This document shows, piece by piece, positions 13,040 through 25,800 of a stretch of DNA of 64,000 bases (positions are counted from its first letter, which is position 1; every line of letters begins with the position of its first letter). The stretch comes from Octopus sinensis (taxonomy: Eukaryota). The stretch lies in contig NC_043015.1 of the NCBI RefSeq assembly GCF_006345805.1, forward strand, positions 52,080,001 through 52,144,000, given 5' to 3'. Under the pieces are notes generated by a model that saw only the letters and a program-made list of their open reading frames with translations, was not told the origin of the DNA and searched no databases. A program made the translations under genes and the position numbers.

Positions 13040-13270
13040 CGATAAAGGACTCGAAATACCTGTTACGTGGTAGCAGGGCGTGCAAGAAATAGCAGCCAGA
13101 TCTTTCCTTTTCTGGGGAAAGGAACCTTTTACGCGTGATTTCGATGTCACATTCCACCAATTCTACTCACTAAGGTTTAGTCAATTCAAGGATGCCTATA
13201 GTACAAGACATTTGTGCCAGGTGCCATGCGGTGGTTTGAATTCGAAACACCGCAATTTGAACAGAAATTC
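13040..13270 (-). mobile_element. Degenerate family-A-related SINE
   Basis: ctactcactaaggtttagtcaattcaagg..ctatagtacaagacatttgtgccaggtgccatgcggtggtttgaattcg resembles the family A head half. Confidence 0.5.
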
Positions 13271-14430
13271 CTTTAACCAGAAGGCTGTGCGTAATCTCGA
13301 TGCTGATATTTTGCTAACTTCCCATGATGCACATCACTGCTCTGTGAAGATAATAAATTTATAATCAACTTTTTGTTGATATATTGTTTAAAACCTCTGT
13401 TTCTCTGATTGTCCACAGCTTGGGTATACATACGTTATATTTATCATATGAATTAAGCAACAGGCTGCTGGAAACGCAGGGATATTAACAAGATGTTTCC
13501 AGGGATATTAACAAGGCGAATCCAGAGATAAGTCGTAAAATGCATTAGGAATGCATTCGCAGAAAATTAATCGAGTCACGCTAAAATTCATTCTCCAAAA
13601 GTTCTTGCGATTGCTTTTTTTATTTTTGCTGTTGTCCCTTATTTAATTTACAAGACGTAGCAGAGGCGGAAAAGTTGCATACATTGATATATGAACGCAT
13701 ACCAAACCACATGTACCTGCATGCGTATACAGACGCATATGTATAAATACATACGCTCATACAAATTCAAACATGCACATACGTATTCATAAAGAGTAAC
13801 ACAGGGACATATATATTTCTATACTTAAGTTGAAACACACATATACCTACACACTAAAAGAAACACGCCCACAGGCATACATACACACACATACATACAT
13901 GTATCCATGCATACATGCATGTATCCATGCATACATGCATATGTGAATGCATGTATGCATATATACACGGATACATATATAATTTGAATATCGTTCCCAT
14001 TACAAATGTCGCAGGTATGAGGTAACTAATGGATTATGTGAACGTCGAAAAATATAGGAAAAGTTTTGTTATTTAACCAAATTCCCATTGGACTGGCCAT
14101 TAATTTTATGACATGACAAATGATCCTGCCTTGTTTTTTTTTCTTTCTTTCTGTAAATACTTTTCTTTGATTGAAAGAGTCGTTTTTAAAGAAACATCTT
14201 CTTAATGTACTATTTTCTGCATATGGCCTACCTAGTTATACATTACCGTATATGTCCTTCACAAAATTAAAATAATATTTGCTGGCTATTTCGCTGCTAC
14301 TTCTAGCTAACCATACAACCACTTACGTACTGTGTTAGTGTGAGTTACTCCTAAGTCAGTCTTCATGAAATATATCCATAATCAACAGCGTTATTTTCAT
14401 AACCATTCTGTGTTTTGTTGTCTATATATA

Positions 14431-15804
14431 CAATGCGAACCAGGATAATAGTCCATGATAATTTTTTTATAGATTTTCTAAATAACCACCCGAGGGATTT
14501 TGAATAAAAATTACATGATAGTACAGTACACTAGCGTTGGTTGGTATACAAAATTTATTGTATGTAGCTGTCTTAGTTCCCATATTATTTAGCGTACTTG
14601 TTTTTCAGGTGTACAGCGATAATAGTCCAGGTATAAGAATGTACAGTTTTGATCACTTATAAGGATAGAAATACCAACTATTTCAAGAACAATTATTTCA
14701 AATAACTCATATGACATAAATGTACCATTGAACAAGAAAATACAGAAATAAAATATTCATAGAAGCTTTGATTCTATGATTATTGTTTGATTAAGGAACC
14801 ATTTTGTTTGATGACCTCAAAAATGTAGTTGTTAATGGATTCAGTCAGTGTTTTGGTAGTAGAGGGTAGGTCTGCCTTAGCCGAGATTTGTATTGCCTTC
14901 CAAAGTGTTTCCTTAGATGTGAACTTCTTGCCATTCTGGTAGATGCTCCAGAAGTTCTTGGTGGGATTCAAATTTGGAGAACAGGCTGGCCCCTTCATTA
15001 AAGTTTCTCTTTTGATTCCCAATGAGGAGAGGACCTCTTCTGTTCTCTTAACAGCATGTGGTGGGGGCCTTATCATGGTGCATAGAAATAACCTTGCAAA
15101 GTTAAGATAATGAGAGCTCATCCAGCCAATCAGTTAGGACAGCCTTAATAAAGTTACAGTATGTGATGGCTTTAATCTTCACACCTTCTGGCACTTAAAC
15201 TGGACCGATCATCCTTTCTCCCATGATTCCAGCCCAAAACATAACTCCTCTACCCCGTTGATGATAGGGTAAACGCATGTGACCGGGGTTATTATAAAAC
15301 ACTCATCCCTTAGCCGAACCATCCGGCCCATCTAGCGTGGTTCAGTACTCGTCACTGAACAAAATATGCTTGACATCGGTCTTCGTATACATTCTACCCC
15401 CTTCTAACCGATCTTTTTTCTGTTTAGGAGTCAACGGAGGCTGGCACGCAGATTTCTTCTCTTTCGCAAAGCTATCAATTACTTTATTTGTGGTTGTTCA
15501 GGAGACGTTTTCAATGCCAGTATCTGCAAATAAAGCTTTACTAGTACACCCAGGATTTTTAAGTAAGTATCGTTTGAGATGAGAAATGTCTCGCGCTGTG
15601 ATCAATGTAAAACTCTTTTGGTTTCAAAGCGAAGAACTCAGAATCACGTGATTAATACAAAAACTTAAAAAGCTGCAAATACTAAATTTTGTATACAGAC
15701 CAAAATTAGTGTACTGTACTATCATGTAAATGTTTTGCAAAATCCCTCTAATAGTTATTTAGAAAATCTAAAAACATCATGGACTGTTGTCCCGGTTCGC
15801 AGTG
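14431..15804 (-). mobile_element. Tc1-type DNA transposon (IR/DR), defective
   Basis: Terminal 29-bp repeats caatgcgaaccaggataatagtccatgat / atcatggactgttgtcccggttcgcagtg (4 mismatches), TA on both flanks; inverted homology extends about 150 bp; transposase remnants ILFSDE, GRGVMFWAGI, GPACSPNLNPTKNFW. Confidence 0.9.
14780..15600 (-). pseudogene. Tc1-family transposase pseudogene, N-terminus deleted
   Basis: Frameshifted translation with FSDE, VMFWAG and WP-SPDLNPIE-like motifs; track ORF 14780-15121 covers the C-terminus. Confidence 0.85.
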
Positions 15805-15897
15805 TATAATTATACGTAAAAGTATCAATGATTTCATTAAACCAGGGTGCTCTAAATTTTATCCCCAGAATGCACGTTGACTCGTTATCCGCACCGG

Positions 15898-16937
15898 TCA
15901 TATCCGACCAAAATATTCTGCTTCTTCTATGTTTATACTGGCTGCCAGGTCTAACATTTCACACATGATCTACAACGTCATAATCTCATCAATGTAAAAC
16001 TCTTTTGGTTTCAAAGCGAAGAACTCTGAAATGTGAGTTTCGACCTCCTCCTGGCTTGCGAAAGTTATGTTCCCCAAATGATTCTGTAAACTATGAAACA
16101 ATTGGTAGCCTGAAGGAGCAAGTTTGGGCAAATAAGGTGGATGAGGATTTTTTCCCCAACCAAGCACTTCGATCTTCAGTGATGTGTTCTTGGCAGTGTG
16201 GGTTCACGCATTGTCCTGATGAAATATCACTCTTCGATTCACTAAAGCGGGTCTTTTTATCTTCAAAGCTTGGTTCAAACGCTCTAATTGCCGACAGTAG
16301 ACTTGAGCATTGATTGTTGCATTAGGTCGTAACAATTCAAAGTGAATTACTCCTTTGCAATCCATCTAGATAGAGAGAAGAACCTTTTTCCCATGAAGTT
16401 CCTTTCTCGGTTGTGGTTGAGCTTCTTCCCCTTTACCAAGCCACTGTTTACAACATTTAATATTTCGATAGATGATGAATTCTTCGTTACCAATCAGAAG
16501 TCTATCCAAAAAAGGTGAAATGGGTTCGCGAGAATGGAGAGAAGATGTCAACTCGGAATTTGCGGTTGCTTTCAGACAATTCATGAGGCACCCATTTTCC
16601 AAGTTTAGGAATTTTTCCAAGTTGTTGGAGATGACTATGAACAGTTGTATGCTTTGAAATAAGCTTTATTGCAAATTCTTCAAATGACAATGCAGGGTTT
16701 TCTTCAAGTAATGCCTCAAGGAGCTTATCAAACTCAACTGGATATCCTGTTCGATCTTCATTTGCAAAGGTGAAATCTCCACTTCTGAATTTTGCAAACC
16801 ATCTTCTGCAAGTTCTTTCATTCAAGAATGCTTTCCCATAAACTGAGTGTATGTTTCGAGTCTCTTCGGCTGCAGAGGTTCCTTTTTTTGTACTCATAAA
16901 GCATTATGTGCCACAAATGCACTTTGGATACTTCCAT
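15898..16937 (-). pseudogene. Mariner transposase pseudogene
   Basis: WVPHEL and YSPDLAPSDY-like signature motifs split over track ORFs 16502-16897, 16366-16620 and 15970-16167; frameshifts and mutated catalytic residues. Confidence 0.9.
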
Positions 16938-17113
16938 GTTAGAAAGGGTTTTATTCAAAGTAATTTTAATTCTATTCTTCTGTAAAATAATAATTTAAAT
17001 GAATACAAATACATAAAAATAATTTTTAATTCCATTAGACATTCTAAAATACTGTAAAATTTCATTTAATTTTAGAAAAGTTAAAATCGGACAGAACTTA
17101 TGGGATGACCTGA
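15898..17113 (-). mobile_element. Mariner element, defective, one TIR visible
   Basis: TIR tcaggtcatcccataagttctgtccgatttt (minus strand, 17083-17113) with adjacent TA; transposase MEVSKVHLWHIMLYEYKKGTSAAEETRNI..GKWVPHELS..YLPKLAPSGYQLFHSLQNHL; no matching TIR found at the other end. Confidence 0.9.
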
Positions 17114-17731
17114 TATATCAAAATTCCTGTGTTATTACAAACCTTGTGTATCTCAAGAAATATCTGTTGCGTAACGACTTTTCAGAACTCCTGCTTTAGA
17201 CAAAAGGAAATTCATTTGCTATTTCTAGTAACTTAAACAACCGTGTAGTGACTTTCATTGGCTCGCTTTGTGATGCGGTAGAGTGTTGCTCGTGAAATAG
17301 CTGTGTAACTCAAGTAGAGAGATTCTTTATCATTTTACTACATATTAATGGCGCAGGCTTTCATATGGATACATTTTTGTTTGACGATAATATTTCAGCT
17401 GATGTCAGTCCAATGGATTAATACTGGGTTATTCCCATCAAACACACATACACACATACACGCTCTCTCTCTCCCCCATCACCTTCTCTCTCCCCTCTTT
17501 CTCCCACTGCTTCTTCCTCCTCCCTCTCTCTTTCTCTCCTTTCCTCTTTATTGTTTGTTGTCTTCATCCAGCGATAAAATATTCTCGATAAATTCTTTCT
17601 CATTCAAGGTCGTTAACTCTTTCCATTTTTGCGTCCGTCCTGATTTATTAACTCTCATCTCTTCTCTTCAAACTCATATTTCTTTCCATTTTCCTGCTTA
17701 TGGAAACCATTTCCTTCTTCTTTTTGCTTTA

Positions 17732-18243
<512 letters not shown>

Positions 18244-18519
18244 TGTATCTTACTCTCGGTGTTGCTGTGGAAGTTCTATTTTATTTTGTATCATCTTTGT
18301 TGGAGTTGTCATCATCATCGTCGTCGTCGTCGTCGTCGTTACTTCTGCTGCTGCTGTTGTTATTGTTATTGTTATTACTCTGTCTATTGCTGTTGTAGTT
18401 GGTTTTGTTGTTGTTACAGTTGCTAATGTTGTTATTATTGCTGTATTATGATCGTTTCGTTGCTACGTTATTTCACAGCCAGCATCTCAGAATTTATTGT
18501 TGTTGTTCTTCTTCTTATC

Positions 18520-18610
18520 GTTATTGCTATTGTTTAGTCGCAGGTCAGCTTGATCGAGAAAGCCTATAATCTAAAGCTTACCATCCGTGACCATCCCGCT
18601 TGTTTTAGGC
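18520..18610 (-). mobile_element. Short interspersed repeat fragment (unclassified)
   Basis: tgtttagtcgcaggtcagcttgatcgagaaagcctataatc..gtgaccatcccg; loosely related to the reverse complement of 52850-52920. Confidence 0.35.
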
Positions 18611-18739
18611 CTATTTATTGCACAATTTTATCCACATTTCAATACCACACCAGGGTACGATTTGAGGGTAATTTGGCTGTTATTTCAAACAGGATGAATT
18701 ATCTGGTGCTTGACGTCGTTGTATGAAATTTGCTGACAC

Positions 18740-19150
18740 TAGCGGTGGTGGTGGCGGTGGTGCTTGTAGATGTGGTGGCGGTGGTGGTTGTAGATGTGGT
18801 GGCGGTGGTGATGTGTTAGTGCTGGTGGTGGGTATGATGGAGGTGATGGTGATGGGAATAGTGTAGGTAGTTGTGATGACGGTGATGATGACTGTAATGG
18901 TTGCGGCGAGGGTGATGCTGCTGGGAGTTTTACAGTGGTGATGTTGATGGGAGTGATGGTGGTGATGACGATGGGTACGACGACGACGACGACGATGATG
19001 ATGATGATGGTAATTATAATTATGATGATGATGATGACAACCAAGATGATGAACATGATAGTAATGATGGTGGTGATGATGATGATGATGATGATGATGG
19101 TGCTGAAGATGAAGATGGTGGTGATGATGATGATGGGGATGATACTGATA

Positions 19151-19196
<46 letters not shown>

Positions 19197-20274
19197 CGAT
19201 GATGATGATGAAGATGATGGTGGTGGTAATGATAATGATGATGATGATAGTGAAGAAGATGATGATGATATAATGATGATGGGAGTGATGGTCCCACTGG
19301 CACTTTAGGCGGCTGTGACGTTAATGGTAATGATGATAATGATGATGATGATGAAGATGATGATGATGACGACGACGAGAACGACGGTGAAGATAACGAC
19401 TAGTGTTGGTGATGGTGGATTTGATGCTGATGATGGAGGTGATGATGATAATGATGATGATGCAGGTGCTTGTTACGCTAGTGGTGATGCGATGGTGGAC
19501 GTCAGGGAACTAATGATAGCGTTTTTCTTCTCCTACTTCTTTTTTCTTCTCCTTCTACTTCTTCTCATCCTCCCCTTCTTCTAATTCTTCCCCTTCCTGT
19601 TCTTTTTCCTTTTTCTTCTTCTTCTTCTTCTTTTTCTTCTTCTTCTTCTTGTTCCTCTTCTTCTTCTTTTTCTTCTTCTTCTTCCTCTTCCTCTTATTCT
19701 TCTTCTTCTTCTTCCCGCTGCTGTTGTCCATATTATTCTTGTTCCTTCTCTTCTTTCTTTTCTTCTAAGTGCAAAAATGTCTTGGAGCTGTTGTTGTTGT
19801 TGTTGTTGTTGTTATTGTTGTTGCTGCTGCTGTTGTTGTTGTTGCTGCTGTTGCTGCGGTTGTTGTTGTCGTTGTTGTTGCTGCTGCCGCTATTGTTGCT
19901 GTTGTTGCTGTTGAAAGAGTTGCAACAGCAGAATAAAAATACAACGATTGCGATTATGAGAAGGAGGAAGAGAAAGAGGAAAAGGGAGAAGACAAGGAAG
20001 TAAGGAGAGCGGGATGAGGAGAATGAAAGGAAGAGGCAAGAGACAGGGGAGAGAGGTGGAGGAAGCAGGAGAGAAAGGGGAAATGGAGAAGAAGGAGCAG
20101 GAAAATTAGGATGGAGATAGTGAAAAAGGGAGTATGCGGACAGAGACGTCAACGACGACGATGACGACGATGGTGACGATGAAGATGATGATGATATAAT
20201 GATGATGGGAGTGATGGTGGTGATGACGATGGGTACGACGACGACGACGACGACGACGACGATGATGACGATGA

Positions 20275-20318
<44 letters not shown>

Positions 20319-20345
20319 AATGATGATGACGATGATGATGATGAC

Positions 20346-20385
<40 letters not shown>

Positions 20386-20405
20386 ATGATGATGATGATG
20401 ATGAT

Positions 20406-20440
<35 letters not shown>

Positions 20441-20727
20441 ATGATGATGATGATGACGATGATGATGATGACGATGATGATGATGATGATGAATGATGAT
20501 GATGATGATGATGATTATGATGATGATGATGATGATAATGATGATGATGATGATGATGATGATGAGATGATGATGATGATGATGATGATGACGATGACGA
20601 TTGAAATATTGATGATGAAGACGATAAAGATTGCCATTATGTTGATGATGACGACGACGATGTCGATAATTATCATAATGACGACGACGACGATGATACC
20701 GATGATGTCGATGATGATGATGATGTT
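18740..20727. repeat. Compound (GAT)/(GGT)/(TTC)/(TTG)/(GAC)n low-complexity block
   Basis: Direct reading; origin of the poly-M/D/H ORFs. Confidence 0.95.
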
Positions 20728-21119
20728 CATACAATCATTATTGTTGTTATTGTCACTGTTTACCGTCTCCTCATTCTTTTCTTGTCATTCATATTTTTCA
20801 AACAGGACGACGTTGCGTTTGTGTTTTTCTGTTACTTTTTTTTCTCTCCTAAATATTATTCTTGTTTTTGCTGTTTATATAAATCGTTTTTCAGGTGATT
20901 TTCGGCTTGTAAATTTTTATTTTTTATTTTGATACATGTTTTTACGTTTATATTTATTTATGTCTACACATTTTTCTATTTTTTTCTTTTCGTTTTTTTT
21001 TTGTGTCTTTCAACATACGTGTCTCTCAAGGTGAGTGTCTGAACAAGTGTGTGTGTGTGTGTTTGGATGAATGTGTGTGCGTATGCTTGTGAGTAGCTGA
21101 GTGTGTTTTTCTCTGCATA

Positions 21120-21171
21120 TAGTATATATATACAAAGATATACATATGTGTGTATACATATATATATATAC

Positions 21172-21231
<60 letters not shown>

Positions 21232-21316
21232 ATATATATATAAGTATATATATACATATATCTGTACATGTATATACATATATAATATATATATATATAT
21301 ATATATTCATGTGCAC

Positions 21317-21380
<64 letters not shown>

Positions 21381-21715
21381 GATTGCATGTAGATATATAC
21401 ATGAAGATAAAGTGACATACACACATGGATGGATACATATATAGATAGATATACAGACAGACAGACGGACTGATAAGTAGATAGATAAATATATGCATAC
21501 ATGCATACATAGACATACACATACATACTTACATATATACACCAATACACACATACATACAAATACACGTATATACATACATACATATACATACATGCAT
21601 GCATACACACACATACATACATACTTACATACATACATACATAAATACATACATACGTACATACATACATACATATATACATACATACACACGTTCGTAT
21701 ATACATACATACACT
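21120..21715. repeat. (TA)n/(TACA)n microsatellites
   Basis: Direct reading. Confidence 0.9.
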
Positions 21716-22074
21716 GCTCCTACCTCAAAATATATTTCCTCCATTTTCAAGATGGCTGATTATAAGGTACACTTAAAATACTTAGTAACTGACACAAGAC
21801 TGGGAAAGAGGGGCGAGGAGAAACGTTTCTCACCGCTAGGGGCCTCAAGAAAAGAAAAAAGGGACAGTTTATGACAGAGCCATCAATAGTATTTTCACTG
21901 GAAATTCCCACAGCCCTGTGTTAGCCTCTGTTTTATTGATTGACTGCCAGATCGTCAAAGCCTTCAGAGACAGGAGACGTCTATATATTATCTTCACAAA
22001 TTATTTATTTTCACAATTTACTTCATGCTTAAATTTCTATAATCGTTATATGCCCATATTCTGTGTATGTGTGT

Positions 22075-22113
<39 letters not shown>

Positions 22114-22200
22114 AGTGAGAGGGGGGTGTATGTGTTTATTTTGGGTTCTGCTTTTTTTTTTCAAAAACGTCTTGTTCTAAGATGAATCCATTTTCTTTAT

Positions 22201-22430
22201 TTTACTTCTTTCTGCTGTTCAGCAGTAGTCATGCTGGAGCATTTCCTTGTAGACATTTCAGTTGAATGAATCTACCCCTGTCAATTCTAGTTTTGGTTTT
22301 GTTAAACCTGGTACTTATTTCATCGGTCCATTTTTGCGAACCGCTATGATATGTGTACACAAACACACCAACACCGGCTGTCAAGCAGTGGTACGGGACG
22401 AACACAGACACAAAGACACACATACATTGA
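22201..22430 (-). mobile_element. SINE family A, tail half
   Basis: gtcatgctggagc..tttttgcgaaccgcta..caccaacaccggctgtcaagcagtgg. Confidence 0.75.
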
Positions 22431-22484
22431 TAGATAGATATATACATATACACATACATATACCAACATGTATATAAGTCATAC

Positions 22485-22595
22485 TTTGAGTCGCGTTGTA
22501 GCCATCATTTGAGTCGCGTCGTAGTCATCCTTTGAGTCGCGTCGTAGTCATCCTTTGAGTCGCGTCGTAGCCATCCTTTGAGTCGCGTCGTAGTC
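22485..22595. repeat. 23-bp minisatellite, about 4.8 copies
   Basis: Unit tttgagtcgcgtcgtagtcatcc starting at 22485, 22508, 22531, 22554 and 22577 (partial). Confidence 0.95.
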
Positions 22596-22795
22596 GAAGT
22601 GAAAATATTCAATGATATCTAGCATTAATTGCATGCAAACTGCTTTATTCTTTTGCTCTGTAGCAATTGACAAAATGTAAAGCAACGGGTGCTTCACATT
22701 GCCTAATGTTGGGAAGAATCGAAAATAAAATTAGAACTGCTGTTGCGTTGCTGTACTTTGTATTCCCAATACTGTTTCTTCAGCATTCAAATGAA

Positions 22796-23112
22796 AAAAG
22801 CTGACACACCATCGGTTACGAAAACGAAGTTTCTGGTTAACCCGAGCAACAAAACAGCCTGCTGGTGAAATTGAAGTGCAAGTGGCCGTGCACTCCACAG
22901 ACACGCGTGCCCTTAATGCAGTTCTCAGAGAGATTCAGCATGAAAAGGCTGGCTCTTTGAAATACAGTTGCTACTTATTTTGTCAGCTGAGTGAACTAGA
23001 GCAACATGAAATAAAATGTTTTGCTCAAGGAAACAATGCACGGCCGGGAATCGAACTGATGACCTTACGATCGTAATCCAAATCCGCTAGCCACTAAGCT
23101 ACGCGCCTTCAT
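22796..23112 (-). mobile_element. Full-length SINE family C with 12-bp target-site duplication
   Basis: Head tgaaggcgcgtagcttagtgg..gttcgattccc, CORE-like ccttgagcaaaaca, tail matching 55920-56090; flanked by cattcaaatgaa at 22784-22795 and 23113-23124. Confidence 0.85.
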
Positions 23113-23750
23113 CATTCAAATGAACGTGAATGCAGAACACCAATTGCAAAGTCTCAGCCATTTTAACCAAACACAAATTCGTATCTTAGATTCGAAACCC
23201 TGATAGCTTGTTCCTTGCTCATAACATATGCCCTCTATCATCTGAGCTTTAACTTAAAACAAGTTTCACGTATTCAAATAGACATAATAATAAATTACGT
23301 CATACGATGCTCGGCGACTGGTGAAAAGCTGTAATTAATGTCCCTGTTAGTTATAGTTCACTACACAACATAGGATGAACTTCTAGTCTGTAGATGTTTG
23401 AGCGTTTATATTGTATGAACAACGATCTAATTAGCTGACGTATTTCGATAGAATAGAAAATATTGCTGCACTCTATTCACTATTTTCAGTAAGAAAGATC
23501 GGCACACTTTAGATTCATTCTATAAACGTGGATGTGTGCTTTATCCACTTTCTCATATGATGGTGGTCATATGCTTTATGAATTTCGTCTATGACGATAT
23601 TATACTGCTTCATAATTGTGTAAATGATCTATGCATTCTACTCGATGTAAACTCGTGCTCTGTCAAAGCAAATCCTATTACTTTTTACTTGTTATTTTCC
23701 TCTACTCATTTATTTCTTAGTGTTTTTGTATGTTTCTTCATTTATTATAA

Positions 23751-23807
<57 letters not shown>

Positions 23808-23813
23808 ATATAT

Positions 23814-23878
<65 letters not shown>

Positions 23879-24039
23879 ATATATATATTATATATATTTT
23901 TTTCTTGTTTTAACGGCAATTAAGGGAAAACGTAGAAGACAGATAGCTTAATGGCCAGACAACCGAACTTCCGGTGCTAATATCGAAATATTATCATTTT
24001 TCATCACAGACATTATACAATGATGAAAGTCTCAGGCGT

Positions 24040-24135
24040 ATATGTGTTGTAAGAAATAAAGCTGGCTTCCCCACCACATGGTTCCGGGTTCAGTCCGACT
24101 GCGTGGTACCTTGGGCAGGTGTCTTCTATAGCCTT
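24040..24135 (+). mobile_element. SINE family A, head fragment
   Basis: accacatggttccgggttcagtccgactgcgtggtaccttgggcaggtgtcttctatagcc. Confidence 0.8.
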
Positions 24136-24329
24136 GTCTGTGTGTGTAGGTGTGGGTGTGCGTACGTGTACGTGTATATATATATATATTAAGGTATGTA
24201 GAAAAATACAACATGGACAAGAACGTATAACACTTAGAAGACGATACAATAAACACGGACAGGACATTCGAAACCCTCAGTCTTCAGTCAAGAACCGGAT
24301 CATCGTAGTAATTTCGGCATAGCATATAT

Positions 24330-24475
24330 ATTCGACGGGCTTCTTTCAGTTTCCGGCTGTCGAAGTGGCTCACGAGCCTTTGGTCGGCCCGAGGCTTTGG
24401 GTGTCTGACACTTGCCCATTGTGTCACAGAGTGGGACTGAACCCGGAACCATGTCTTGGAAACAAAATACTCATC
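24330..24475 (-). mobile_element. SINE family A, head half
   Basis: cgacgggcttctttcagtttcc..ggtcggcccgagg..gtgggactgaacccggaaccatg. Confidence 0.8.
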
Positions 24476-25322
24476 ATACGGGCGTACACACACACACTCA
24501 TAGATATATAGATGTATAGGTGTATGTATATATGTGTGTATGCTTAAGTAAGCAGGAATATGTACATATATTGCATACATTCATACATACACACACACAT
24601 ATATATTGGTGTACACATACACATATGCACACACACATACGCACACACACACAAACACACACACACTGATAGATATAAAGATGGATAAGTGTGTATATAT
24701 ATGTGTGTGTTTACGTATGCCGGAATATGTAAATATATATTGCATTCATTTATACATACACACAAACACATATATTGGTGTACACATACACATATGCACA
24801 GACACACTCACACACACTCACGCACACACACACACACTCTCTCTCACACACACACTCACACTGTTATTTATTGATAGTGTTGATTATAAAGAATCTTAGA
24901 GAAGATCCAACTATTTGATGTTGGAATATATTTTTATTTCATTGAAGTTAATGTGGTTTCCCGATACACGATGTCTGCAAAACAAAACAAACAAACGATC
25001 AAACAAATCATAAATAAACAAATGAATAAATAAATAAAGGAAAACTTATGCTAGGTCACTAACTTCTAATCTTCTCATAGATCTCCTCCACTAGCCACAG
25101 CCTAGGGCTAAACAACAACAGTGGCAAGCTAAGGAATGATTTAAGTTGCCGGCATCATCATCTGACGAGCATTCTAGAAGAAATACCAAACACTGGCTTC
25201 TTTTATTTGTCTTCGTTCGTACATTTATTGTCATGCGTATTACACTGTATACGCTACGGCCAAGCTGCAGCAATAAGGGCAATGTTTTTAATCAATTAAA
25301 TTAACATAGAGCACTATATATA

Positions 25323-25379
<57 letters not shown>

Positions 25380-25419
25380 GGGGGGGTTAACTCTTGTCTC
25401 TAGCAGGTAGACTTATTCG

Positions 25420-25640
25420 TGCACCCTTATGATATATATAAAGTTAATCCAAACATGAAAGCACAAAAAAACACAACAACGCGAGGACGTGGAACAAATA
25501 TAGTATTATTGGACGCTCAGGAGAGAAGGAAAGAAGGAGGGTATAACGTTTCGAGCGGAGCTCTTCGTCGGAAACATAGGAGAAAGAAAGATCCAGAGAA
25601 GGGAAGACAGAGGGAAAAAAATCGCCAACGGCACACACGA
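25420..25640 (-). mobile_element. Penelope-like terminal repeat with near-canonical minimal hammerhead motif
   Basis: Minus strand gtttccgacgaagagctccgctcgaaacgttatac; homologous to 1598-1710 and 3683-3850. Confidence 0.65.
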
Positions 25641-25644
25641 GGTC

Positions 25645-25709
25645 ACAGATAGATAAATAGATAAGTAGACAGACTGACAGACAGACAGACACATAGATAG
25701 ACAGTTAGT

Positions 25710-25799
<90 letters not shown>

Positions 25800-25800
25800 T
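25645..25800. repeat. (GATA)n/(GACA)n microsatellite
   Basis: Direct reading. Confidence 0.95.

Noticed and set aside
22485-22595. CRISPR-like array
   Set aside because: Units are contiguous with no unique spacers, in a eukaryotic context with no cas genes
24255-24330. Hammerhead-like ctgaaga..cgaatgtc on the minus strand
   Set aside because: GAAT instead of GAAA and no convincing stem I or II
25160-25190. ctgacgagcattctagaagaaatacc
   Set aside because: No NUH cleavage triplet or stem I after GAAA
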